Origin: Ignavibacteriales bacterium UBA6490
GTDB taxonomy: Bacteria > Bacteroidota > Ignavibacteria > Ignavibacteriales > Ignavibacteriaceae
NCBI GenBank assembly: GCA_002435365.1
Contig: DJMM01000008.1
Location: 1 to 46,372, forward strand
Direction: 5' to 3'
Length of the DNA stretch: 46,372 nt
Position numbers and translations under genes: made by a program. The notes under the pieces are model-generated. The model did no database searches and had not been told where the DNA came from. It saw nothing but the letters and a program-made list of their open reading frames with translations. Shown piece by piece: positions 1 to 7,847 of the stretch (position 1 is its first letter; every line of letters starts with the position of its first letter).

Positions 1-878
1 GCAAAGTTCTGGAACCCGGAAGGAAGCTGTCCGGGAGGTGTAACCGGGAGCGGTGCGCTGAAAGTGCCGCCGATATTATTCAGGTAATTCAGCCTGTTCG
101 TTCCGCTTTCCCTGTAGAGTATATGTACATAATTACTGTTGTCTATTGTGATCCTCGGGTAAGATACGCTGGTTGAAACTCCGGTCGGATATTCCTGCAT
201 AGTTCCGCTTTTATTTGAAAAATATTTCAGCAGGAAGGGACTTAAATTACCGGTTTTAATAACAATATGAACTTTTCCCTGGGAGTCGACATCCAATGCA
301 GCTTCAAAATCGCCGCTGGCTTCAGCATTGGCAAGATATAATTCACTTGATAGTGTGGATGTCCGCAGATCATAGCTCCTGTAGTAGGCATAATCATTAT
401 TTATTGTGTATGTGAGATATACAAAATGCATAACACTGTCAGGACCAATTTTGGAAAATGGCAATGCTTTATTTATTCCGCCCGTTGTTATATCGATCGG
501 TGGTATAAACGAACCTGAAACATTATTTGTATATTTTATCTGGAAGAGGTCGGATGCGTCCCTGCCTTCATATCCGATATGCACCTTGCCGTTGCCGTCA
601 ATCGAAAGTGTTGAATAATTATCATCAACAGCATTATTTGTAATGTTGGTTCGGGTGAATGTTCCGTTATCTTCTTCCCTGAGATAATATATTTCGCGTG
701 AATTGCCGTTTGTACCATCCTGACCAGTATACGACAGGTGGGTTTTTCCCAGCAGGTCGTAAGCTGCAAACTGCCTGTTGTTGAACAGATTGTCGTATGC
801 AATAGTATCCTGCGGGAAATTGATCTGCTGTGCATTTACAAGGATTGGAATAATCAATAAAACCGGTAAAAATCTCAT
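1..878 (-). CDS. Secreted repeat protein, N-terminal part (the gene runs off the left edge of the window)
   Basis: My hand translation of the minus strand from the ATG at 878..876 stays open to base 1. It is absent from the supplied track because no stop codon is reached. It begins MRFLPVLLIIPILVNAQQ (signal-peptide-like) and is preceded by an AGAGGAAAGAAG Shine-Dalgarno-like stretch. A recurring unit ends in GKVHIGY / SVMHFVY / GKVHIVI / NYVHILY. Confidence 0.6.
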   Translation of the reverse strand, partial: MRFLPVLLIIPILVNAQQINFPQDTIAYDNLFNNRQFAAYDLLGKTHLSYTGQDGTNGNSREIYYLREEDNGTFTRTNITNNAVDDNYSTLSIDGNGKVHIGYEGRDASDLFQIKYTNNVSGSFIPPIDITTGGINKALPFSKIGPDSVMHFVYLTYTINNDYAYYRSYDLRTSTLSSELYLANAEASGDFEAALDVDSQGKVHIVIKTGNLSPFLLKYFSNKSGTMQEYPTGVSTSVSYPRITIDNSNYVHILYRESGTNRLNYLNNIGGTFSAPLPVTPPGQLPSGFQNF

Positions 879-1125
879 TTCTTCTTTCCTCTTAAATAGT
901 TTCTGATTTCACGTTTAAATTAAGAATTTTTTTTTAATGTTCCAGAAAAAAGTTTTGCAGCTGTTTGTCCATTGTACTGCAGGATCAATCCGGCCGGGGT
1001 AGGGTAACCGGATATGATTACATTTCCTGGTTCCCGGTAATGAAAAACGGATCCTTCGGCAGTTGAATTATACAACCCGGGAAGGCTAAAATTTAAAGCT
1101 TCCATAATGATTTGATCGGGCACCT

Positions 1126-1199
1126 GATCTCATTCTGATCTGATTCTAACCCCATTCTAACCCGATTCTGATCTCATTTTGATAAGGTTAGAATGAGAT
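1126..1199. repeat. Five tandem 11-bp units followed by an inverted copy of the same motif
   Basis: Read directly: GATCTCATTCT | GATCTGATTCT | AACCCCATTCT | AACCCGATTCT | GATCTCATTTT (1126-1180). TTAGAATGAGAT (1188-1199) is the reverse complement of ATCTCATTCTAA. A further AGAATGAGA copy sits at 1241-1249. Confidence 0.8.
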
Positions 1200-1227
1200 T
1201 AAACTGAGGCGAAACCGGAACCAGTTG

Positions 1228-1235
1228 TACCTTTG
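1228..1235 (+). promoter_or_regulatory. Candidate Bacteroidota-type -7 promoter box (TACCTTTG) upstream of the TPR-clpX genes
   Basis: Matches TAnnTTTG, 71 nt upstream of the ATG at 1306. I saw no clear -33 TTG at the expected spacing. Confidence 0.3.
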
Positions 1236-1305
1236 TAACAGAATGAGACTCATATTCCATTTAATCCCCTTGAATGGTCAATTATTTTTAATAAGTTTAA
1301 GTAAT

Positions 1306-3138
1306 ATGCTTAAAAAACTTATATTCTTAACGGTTGTGCTGGCATCAATTTTACCGGCACAGAACGACGTAAACAACCGCTTTATGCTTGCTGCCAGCTA
1401 TGAGCAGGCCGGTGAATTTGAAAAAGCAAAAAACATTCTTGAAGATTTGTTTGCGAAACAGCCTGACAATTTTCAGTTCTTCGATGCTTTGAACAGGATT
1501 TATATCCAGCTCAAAAATTATGATTCTTCTGAAAAAATAATAAAACAACGGATCTCCATAACTCCACAGGATATGAACCTGTATGGTCTTCTCGGCAAGA
1601 CATATCATATTAAAGGTGATGAACAACTGGCTTTTGATACATGGGATGATGCTATTGTAAAGAGTAATTATAATTTAATAGTCTACAGGTTAATTGTTAA
1701 TTATGCAATGGAACGGCGGGCTTTCGGCAAAGCTATCGAGCTTCTGAATGATGCAAAACAAAGATCGCCGGACTCAAAAATCTACTCTTATGATCTGGCA
1801 AATCTCTATGCGCTTACCATGAATTATACCAGGGCCGCCGAAGAGTTTGTCTCAGTGCTTAAATCCGCTCCGAATGAAATTCATAATGTGCGGGGCAGGA
1901 TGAACACATATTTAAACAAGCCTGAGGCTCTTAAACAGACCATCGGTGTATTTGAAGGTGCGAAAAATACAAATATTGAGACCAAATCAGTGCTGGCCTG
2001 GCTCTTTACAGAGGACAAAAATTTCACCTCTGCTTACGAACTTTATAAAGAACTGGATAAGGAAAGAGGAAGCGGCGGAGGGGAGATATTCGGATTCGCA
2101 CAGCTTCTTTTTAATGCAGGCGAATTTGAAATTGCATCCGGAGTTTTCCTTGATATACTGAACGGTTACTCTTCATCCCCGCTTGTAAATTCGGCTAAAA
2201 TGGGCTATGCCAGGTCAGTGGAAGAGGTGCTCAACCGAAAAAGTTTCAGTTCTTCGGGCAGATGGAAGCCGGTAAGTCCCCGTACAGAAATAAATATTCC
2301 TGAAGCAGACAGGCTGATAGAAATTTATATTGAGCTTTCAAAAAAAACTGCTTCGCCGGATATTACAAATGAAGCACTTTTCAGGGCGGGGAATATATAT
2401 CTCAATTATAAAAACAGGCCCGGTGAAGCGGAAAAAATATACACAAAGATTCTTGAATACCCCATGTCGTTATTTGCTGCTCCTGCAGCTGTTGAACTGG
2501 GAAAACTTTACATAGGGGACGGCAGACTGGAACAGGCAATGCAGATTCTCGGCAGAACCTCGGGATTGCCCCGGGCTACAGAGGAGCAGAGAAACAAGGC
2601 TAAGTTTCTGATGTCCCAAATCCTTTTTTATAATAAAGAGTTTGACGAAGCCGGCAAGCTTCTTTCACAGATACTCAGAAACCTCAGGGATAACAGCGCA
2701 AATGATGCCCTGGAACTTTCTCTCATTCTGAACATCAAAATGAATGATTCCCTTAGTCTGGTAGCCTTCTCTGAAGCTGAATATTTACTTGCTCAGGGGA
2801 AGTTTTCGGAGGCGGGGAGCAGATACGGCTCAATTTCCGCGGAAAAAGGGGGATTTGTTATCGGCAGCCTTGCTGCATTAAGGAGTGCAGAAACCGAATT
2901 GGCGTTAAATAATACCGATAACGCAATGAAGATATTGACGGAAATTTCGGGTGAAGAAAGCGGGAACATTTATTCTGATAAAGCATTATATTTGCTGGGC
3001 AATATTTATGAATATAGCCTGCGGGATAGTGCCGGGGCCGTGGAAATTTACGAGAAACTTCTTGCAAGATTTCCGGCGTCGATGTATCTTGATGATGCAA
3101 GAGAGCATATTATTGATTTAAGGAACAAATTAAGCTGA
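1306..3138 (+). CDS. Tetratricopeptide-repeat protein with N-terminal signal peptide
   Basis: Track ORF 1225..3138. The in-frame ATG at 1306 gives MLKKLIFLTVVLASILPAQ (signal-like), so I prefer it over the TTG at 1225. The sequence has a repeated 34-aa-style helical pattern (e.g. AASYEQAGEFEKAKNILEDLFAKQPDN and LGNIYEYSLRDSAGAVEIYEKLLARFP). Confidence 0.8.
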   Translation: MLKKLIFLTVVLASILPAQNDVNNRFMLAASYEQAGEFEKAKNILEDLFAKQPDNFQFFDALNRIYIQLKNYDSSEKIIKQRISITPQDMNLYGLLGKTYHIKGDEQLAFDTWDDAIVKSNYNLIVYRLIVNYAMERRAFGKAIELLNDAKQRSPDSKIYSYDLANLYALTMNYTRAAEEFVSVLKSAPNEIHNVRGRMNTYLNKPEALKQTIGVFEGAKNTNIETKSVLAWLFTEDKNFTSAYELYKELDKERGSGGGEIFGFAQLLFNAGEFEIASGVFLDILNGYSSSPLVNSAKMGYARSVEEVLNRKSFSSSGRWKPVSPRTEINIPEADRLIEIYIELSKKTASPDITNEALFRAGNIYLNYKNRPGEAEKIYTKILEYPMSLFAAPAAVELGKLYIGDGRLEQAMQILGRTSGLPRATEEQRNKAKFLMSQILFYNKEFDEAGKLLSQILRNLRDNSANDALELSLILNIKMNDSLSLVAFSEAEYLLAQGKFSEAGSRYGSISAEKGGFVIGSLAALRSAETELALNNTDNAMKILTEISGEESGNIYSDKALYLLGNIYEYSLRDSAGAVEIYEKLLARFPASMYLDDAREHIIDLRNKLS

Positions 3139-3141
3139 GAA

Positions 3142-4395
3142 ATGGCAAAGAAACAAAATCAAAAAATTGTTAAATGTTCGTTCTGCGGCAGGGACGGAAG
3201 CGAAGTAGGCAGCATGATAGCTGGTCCGGATGTCTATATCTGCGATATATGTATCGGCAGCAGCGTGGATATTCTGAAAAACAATCTTGCTGCATATAAT
3301 ACCTCTAAATCCCAGAATTTTTCGCTGCAGACGCCGGAAGTTATCAAAAAGACCCTGGATGAATATGTAATCGGGCAGGAACGTGCAAAAAAAGTGTTAT
3401 CTGTTGCTGTTTACAATCATTATAAAAGGATCCATTCGAAAACTTCTTTCTTTGAGCTTGATGATGTTGAAATTGAAAAAAGCAATATTCTGTTAATTGG
3501 TCCCACCGGGGTAGGTAAAACACTTCTTGCCCAGACACTGGCAAAAATTCTGGAGGTTCCTTTCGCTATTGCCGATGCAACTACCCTTACTGAGGCAGGT
3601 TATGTTGGCGATGATGTGGAAACGGTTCTGGTACATCTTCTCCAGGCATCGGATTATAATCTGGAACGTGCTCAAAAGGGAATTGTATATATTGATGAGA
3701 TAGATAAGATTGCCAGGAAAAGTGAAAGCACTTCAATTACAAGGGATGTTTCGGGAGAGGGTGTTCAGCAGGCATTGCTTAAAATTCTTGAAGGCACTGT
3801 TGCGGGTGTTCCTCCAAAGGGGGGAAGAAAGCATCCCGAGCAGTCCTTAATAAACATCAACACAAAGAACATACTGTTCATTGTGGGAGGTGCATTCGAA
3901 GGCATTGATAAAATAATTGCAGCCAGGATAAACAAGAACCAGGTGGGCTTCTCATCCGATCCGCTTAAAGGAAAAAATGAGTCGGATGATATATTAAAAT
4001 ATATTCAGCCTGAAGATCTTTTAAGGTACGGTCTTATTCCGGAACTGATCGGCAGAATTCCTGTTGTTGCCCCGCTCCATCAGTTGTCGGAAGAAGCTTT
4101 GAAGAATATTCTTACTGTTCCGAAGAATGCTATTCTGAAGCAGTACAAAAAACTATTTATGATGGAGGGGATCGAGCTGGAGTTTGATCCGTTTGCAATT
4201 GATATGATAGTTAAGAAAGCCATGGAAAGAAAAACCGGCGCCCGCGCGTTAAGATCGATCGTTGAAGAATTTATGCTCGATGTAATGTATAATATTCCGG
4301 GTAAGGAAAATATTGAGAAGTGCATTATAACGGGAGATGTTATTGAATCCGGTGCCGAACCAGTATTTCTAGAGGCTGACCGGAAATCTGCTTAA
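3142..4395 (+). CDS. clpX: ATP-dependent Clp protease ATP-binding subunit ClpX
   Basis: N-terminal zinc-binding module CSFCGR...CDIC, Walker A GPTGVGKT, Walker B VYIDEIDK, and a [10 protein letters not shown] sensor region. The 417-aa length is typical. It starts 3 nt after the TPR stop codon. Confidence 0.97.
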   Translation: MAKKQNQKIVKCSFCGRDGSEVGSMIAGPDVYICDICIGSSVDILKNNLAAYNTSKSQNFSLQTPEVIKKTLDEYVIGQERAKKVLSVAVYNHYKRIHSKTSFFELDDVEIEKSNILLIGPTGVGKTLLAQTLAKILEVPFAIADATTLTEAGYVGDDVETVLVHLLQASDYNLERAQKGIVYIDEIDKIARKSESTSITRDVSGEGVQQALLKILEGTVAGVPPKGGRKHPEQSLININTKNILFIVGGAFEGIDKIIAARINKNQVGFSSDPLKGKNESDDILKYIQPEDLLRYGLIPELIGRIPVVAPLHQLSEEALKNILTVPKNAILKQYKKLFMMEGIELEFDPFAIDMIVKKAMERKTGARALRSIVEEFMLDVMYNIPGKENIEKCIITGDVIESGAEPVFLEADRKSA

Positions 4396-4408
4396 AAAGG
4401 GGAGTTAA

Positions 4409-5665
4409 TTGGTTCTTAAATCTCTGCTCCTGTCCATTATCTTTATCACCATGCTGTTTCCGCAGCCCCGTCTGCTCATACCTATGGACCTATCGCAGAA
4501 TGATCATCTGAAAGCATACGGAATTACATTCCGTGCATTGATGAACGGAGTAAAAGCTGACTGGCTTCTGAATTACAAGGGAGGATCCTTTATGCTTGAA
4601 TACTCCGATAAGATTGCCGCTGAATGCAGGATTGAGGCTGTAACATTCGTACAGGTTTCAGGCACCGAAGCAGTTTCCATTTATTCCGATGTACAGGACG
4701 AAAACAACAACACCGATGTTATCCGTCTTGAAAAAGCTCCTCAGATTGCCGTATTTGTACCTCCCGGGTTTCAGCCTTGGGATGATGCAGTTACACTGGC
4801 ACTTGAATATGCCGGGGTTCCTTACGATAAAATATGGAATGATGAGATTTTAACAGGCCAGCTTGAGAAATATGACTGGCTGCATCTTCACCATGAGGAT
4901 TTTACCGGGCAGTACGGGAAATTTTATGCATCCTTCAGCAATGCTCAATGGTATATTGACCAGCAGATAGAGTATGAAAACAACGCCAGAAAGAATGGTT
5001 TCAGCAAGGTGTCGGAAATGATGAAAGCTGTTTCCCAGGAGATAAAAAGGTTTGTTGGTCAGGGAGGCTTCCTGTTTGCAATGTGCTCCGCAACCGATTC
5101 ATATGACATATCTCTTGCAGCACACAATACTGACATCGCAGCCGGGATGTATGACGGCGATGCAGCAGATGCCGATGCCCAGCAGAAGCTCGACTTCTCA
5201 GCCACATTTGCGTTCGAAAATTTTAAGATTGAGAATAATCCCTATGTTTATGAATACAGCGACATTGATATTCAACCTGCCGAAATAGGTAACTTCGATA
5301 ACGACTATTTTACCCTTTTTGATTTCTCCGCCAAATATGATCCGGTACCTACCATGCTTACACAGGATCATGCAAACGTAATTAAAGGATTCATGGGACA
5401 GACCACGATGTTCCGCAAATCCTTAATTAAAAAATCAGTTATAATTCTTGCCGAGAGGCAGGGAACCGACCAGGTAAAATATATTCATGGCAATTTCGGA
5501 AGGGGAACATTTACATTTTACGGGGGACACGATCCGGAAGATTATCAGCACGCAGTAGGTGATCCGCCGACAGATCTTAAGCTTTATAAAAATTCGCCCG
5601 GCTACAGGTTAATACTTAACAATATACTTTTCCCGGCAGCTACAAAAAAGAAACAGAAAACCTGA
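4409..5665 (+). CDS. Exported hypothetical protein, possibly a class I glutamine-amidotransferase-like fold
   Basis: TTG start 5 nt after a GGGGAG Shine-Dalgarno sequence. Hydrophobic N-terminus MVLKSLLLSIIFITMLFPQ. GGFLFAMCSATD resembles a nucleophile elbow, and the motifs WLHLHHEDFTGQYGKF and FYGGHDPEDY are distinctive. The family assignment is a guess from memory. Confidence 0.6.
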   Translation: MVLKSLLLSIIFITMLFPQPRLLIPMDLSQNDHLKAYGITFRALMNGVKADWLLNYKGGSFMLEYSDKIAAECRIEAVTFVQVSGTEAVSIYSDVQDENNNTDVIRLEKAPQIAVFVPPGFQPWDDAVTLALEYAGVPYDKIWNDEILTGQLEKYDWLHLHHEDFTGQYGKFYASFSNAQWYIDQQIEYENNARKNGFSKVSEMMKAVSQEIKRFVGQGGFLFAMCSATDSYDISLAAHNTDIAAGMYDGDAADADAQQKLDFSATFAFENFKIENNPYVYEYSDIDIQPAEIGNFDNDYFTLFDFSAKYDPVPTMLTQDHANVIKGFMGQTTMFRKSLIKKSVIILAERQGTDQVKYIHGNFGRGTFTFYGGHDPEDYQHAVGDPPTDLKLYKNSPGYRLILNNILFPAATKKKQKT

Positions 5666-5675
5666 CACTGTTTTT

Positions 5676-6365
5676 TTATCTCTCCAGACCAAAGCTGTTG
5701 AAAAGCTCCCTATACCTGGCGATGATATCCTTTTTAATTTTTTCCAGATCTCTCCAGAAATCCTTCAGATGTATATCCCCTCCGAATTTAAAGTAATAAT
5801 CAGCCAGCTGGTTAATGTAGTTTGTTGTTAAATCCGAAATCATCTTAAAGGAGTTATCTGTATTTGAATTGAGCATATCCAGTTTTTCTGCTTCATCAGG
5901 TCTGATAACTTCTTCTTCATCCAGAACGGAATATTCATCAAACCTGTTTTCGAGTTCTTTATGCAGCACCCAGTTTGATGAAAGCTGGAAAAGATCCTCA
6001 AGGATACTATGTGCAAGCTGCTCTCTTTCGGAACGGTATTCATCTGCACTGCTGCTGCTCAGAGCTTTTGAAACAATCTCCAGGTTGTTCAGAATTGAAG
6101 AGAGGCTGGTGTGCTGTTCCTTCTCGTCGGCAATTTTTCTGAACTTTAATACTATTGCATCATCAAATGCGATTGCAGCATCGTTTTTTATGTTGTGGGA
6201 TTTTAGAGTAGAAAGAATTTCGGATTTCCATTCGGGAGCCCTTCTTTCCAGGAATTCCTCGGTAAGGTAAAAAGTTTTACCGGCAGAGGGGGAATCTACC
6301 ATGCTTACGATATAAAACTTGAGTTTTACAAGTGTTAAAAAAAGATTAAAATTTTCTCCGTTCAT
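5676..6365 (-). CDS. Hypothetical protein, acidic and predicted all-helical
   Basis: 229-aa ORF with a GAGGGAAAG Shine-Dalgarno-like sequence just before the ATG at 6365. I recognise no motif. The Ser-rich antisense ORF 5869..6270 is low-complexity and looks like a shadow of this gene. Confidence 0.6.
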   Translation of the reverse strand: MNGENFNLFLTLVKLKFYIVSMVDSPSAGKTFYLTEEFLERRAPEWKSEILSTLKSHNIKNDAAIAFDDAIVLKFRKIADEKEQHTSLSSILNNLEIVSKALSSSSADEYRSEREQLAHSILEDLFQLSSNWVLHKELENRFDEYSVLDEEEVIRPDEAEKLDMLNSNTDNSFKMISDLTTNYINQLADYYFKFGGDIHLKDFWRDLEKIKKDIIARYRELFNSFGLER

Positions 6366-6382
6366 CTTTCCCTCAGAAGTTC

Positions 6383-6430
6383 TGCGGCAGCGTTTTCGCT
6401 ATGAATACAATATATCAGTCCGCTGCCGCA
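6383..6430 (-). promoter_or_regulatory. 10-bp GC-rich hairpin between the C1 peptidase stop codon and the next start codon
   Basis: TGCGGCAGCG (6383-6392) pairs perfectly with CGCTGCCGCA (6421-6430) across a 28-nt loop. No U-tract follows on the minus strand. Confidence 0.4.
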
Positions 6431-6437
6431 TCGCAAA

Positions 6438-7670
6438 TTAATTTACAGTAAACTTTTTGAGCAGATCGGCAGCAGCGTCCTTATGCATCATGCAGTCTAC
6501 CATTTTCAGCTTGACGTAATCTTCGTGATAGAAGAAATAACCTTTATCGCCTGTATTCTGTGCCCCGGAACCGGAATCCTTTATAAGAAACCATGTTGTA
6601 CCGTTCTTATTAAGATAGCCGACAAGGTGCAGACCATGGTCGTCGGTTGTGGTTCCGTTAAGGAAACGGAACTGCCTGGCATTTTCATCAATATATTCGG
6701 ATGGGATATCAAAAGTGGGTACTACCGCTGCTTTATAGTGGGATTCAAGTCCGGCTTCAGAAACATCGCCGCCGAGGCAGACTGAATAACCTTTGCTTAT
6801 CGCTCCTTTCACTGCCTCCATATAAGTATCCAGGGGTATATTTACATAGCCGCTGTCCAGCCACCAGTTATCTGGCACATTATAGTAGATCTTTTTGTAG
6901 TAGGGTTCCTGCATAAGCGAAATTAAGTCGACGTAATCATCGGGATTTATTTTAACAACTGATTTAAAGAATTCCAGCGGGGTATATTCTTTCCCATTCC
7001 AGTTAAATCTTTCCGGGGGTGTTCCGATGTAATGATTCAGGATTGATTTAATGGTATTAACAACTTCCGTTTCGTTCCATGAATTTGAAGTTTTTACTGA
7101 TTTCAGATAATTATCCATTTCGCTGAACATATCACTGTGGTCGTGAACTTTCTGTCCCGGGAGCAAACCGCTGTAAATTTCATCGGGAACGATACCGTAC
7201 ATTTTCCAGAGTCTTTTAAGGGCGTTAGCCTCGGATCCTTCGCCGAATTCGGAATTTCCTCTCTCTTTTACATACCTTTTTGCTTTTTCGACATATTCCC
7301 AGTAGGCATTGTAAATAGGGGATAATCTTATCTTCATATTATGGATCCGGTATATTTCGGATTCAAAAAAAGATGTGGTTGACCATGACCAGCAGGTTCC
7401 GGTTACTCCCTGGTTCCTGGGGGTGTTATGCCAGACCTGTGTAAATTCAGAGGCGGAACGAGGGATATCCATACCTTCGAAATCTACCTTAAAAACCGGC
7501 TTCTTTTTCTCCTCTTTCTTATGAAAGTTGTCCGCATCCTTCTTTATTCTGTCATAATATTCATTCTTGGAATCAGTAAAGATTCCCTTATCTTTTATTT
7601 CCTGTTCCTGTCCAAATGATGTGGAGTAAATGAGACAAACCGCAAAAATTGTAAGAATTAGGTTATTCAT
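6438..7670 (-). CDS. pepC: C1-family cysteine peptidase (aminopeptidase C / bleomycin-hydrolase-like) with signal peptide
   Basis: Catalytic Cys context QGVTGTCWSWSTTSFFESE, His context DDHGLHLVGY, and WFLIKDSGS resembling the KNSWG region. N-terminus MNNLILTIFAVCLIYSTSFGQ. Confidence 0.85.
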   Translation of the reverse strand: MNNLILTIFAVCLIYSTSFGQEQEIKDKGIFTDSKNEYYDRIKKDADNFHKKEEKKKPVFKVDFEGMDIPRSASEFTQVWHNTPRNQGVTGTCWSWSTTSFFESEIYRIHNMKIRLSPIYNAYWEYVEKAKRYVKERGNSEFGEGSEANALKRLWKMYGIVPDEIYSGLLPGQKVHDHSDMFSEMDNYLKSVKTSNSWNETEVVNTIKSILNHYIGTPPERFNWNGKEYTPLEFFKSVVKINPDDYVDLISLMQEPYYKKIYYNVPDNWWLDSGYVNIPLDTYMEAVKGAISKGYSVCLGGDVSEAGLESHYKAAVVPTFDIPSEYIDENARQFRFLNGTTTDDHGLHLVGYLNKNGTTWFLIKDSGSGAQNTGDKGYFFYHEDYVKLKMVDCMMHKDAAADLLKKFTVN

Positions 7671-7847
7671 TTAAAAAATCCTTTAAATATTCCATCAGAA
7701 ATTAAGAAAGATTCTGATAAATTTCCCATAACCGCTAATTTTTTTCTTATAAAACGTTCAATTAAAAGTTTGTAATTATTATCTTTATTTTAATTATGTT
7801 AATAATTCTATGTATATAAATAAATACAAATTTAGGCCGGGGCGAGG

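Noticed and set aside
920-1123. A 67-aa minus-strand ORF (GTG start, internal ATG at 1105) in the gap upstream of the secreted repeat-protein gene.
   Set aside because: It has no recognisable motif, no convincing ribosome-binding site and no signal peptide. Its 5' end abuts the 11-bp repeat array. It could be a real small protein, but I cannot support that from sequence alone.
1225-1305. N-terminal extensions proposed by the track (TTG at 1225 for the TPR gene, and TTG at 14847 for the enolase-superfamily gene).
   Set aside because: The in-frame ATGs at 1306 and 14892 give a signal peptide and a canonical family N-terminus respectively. The extensions add non-conserved-looking residues.
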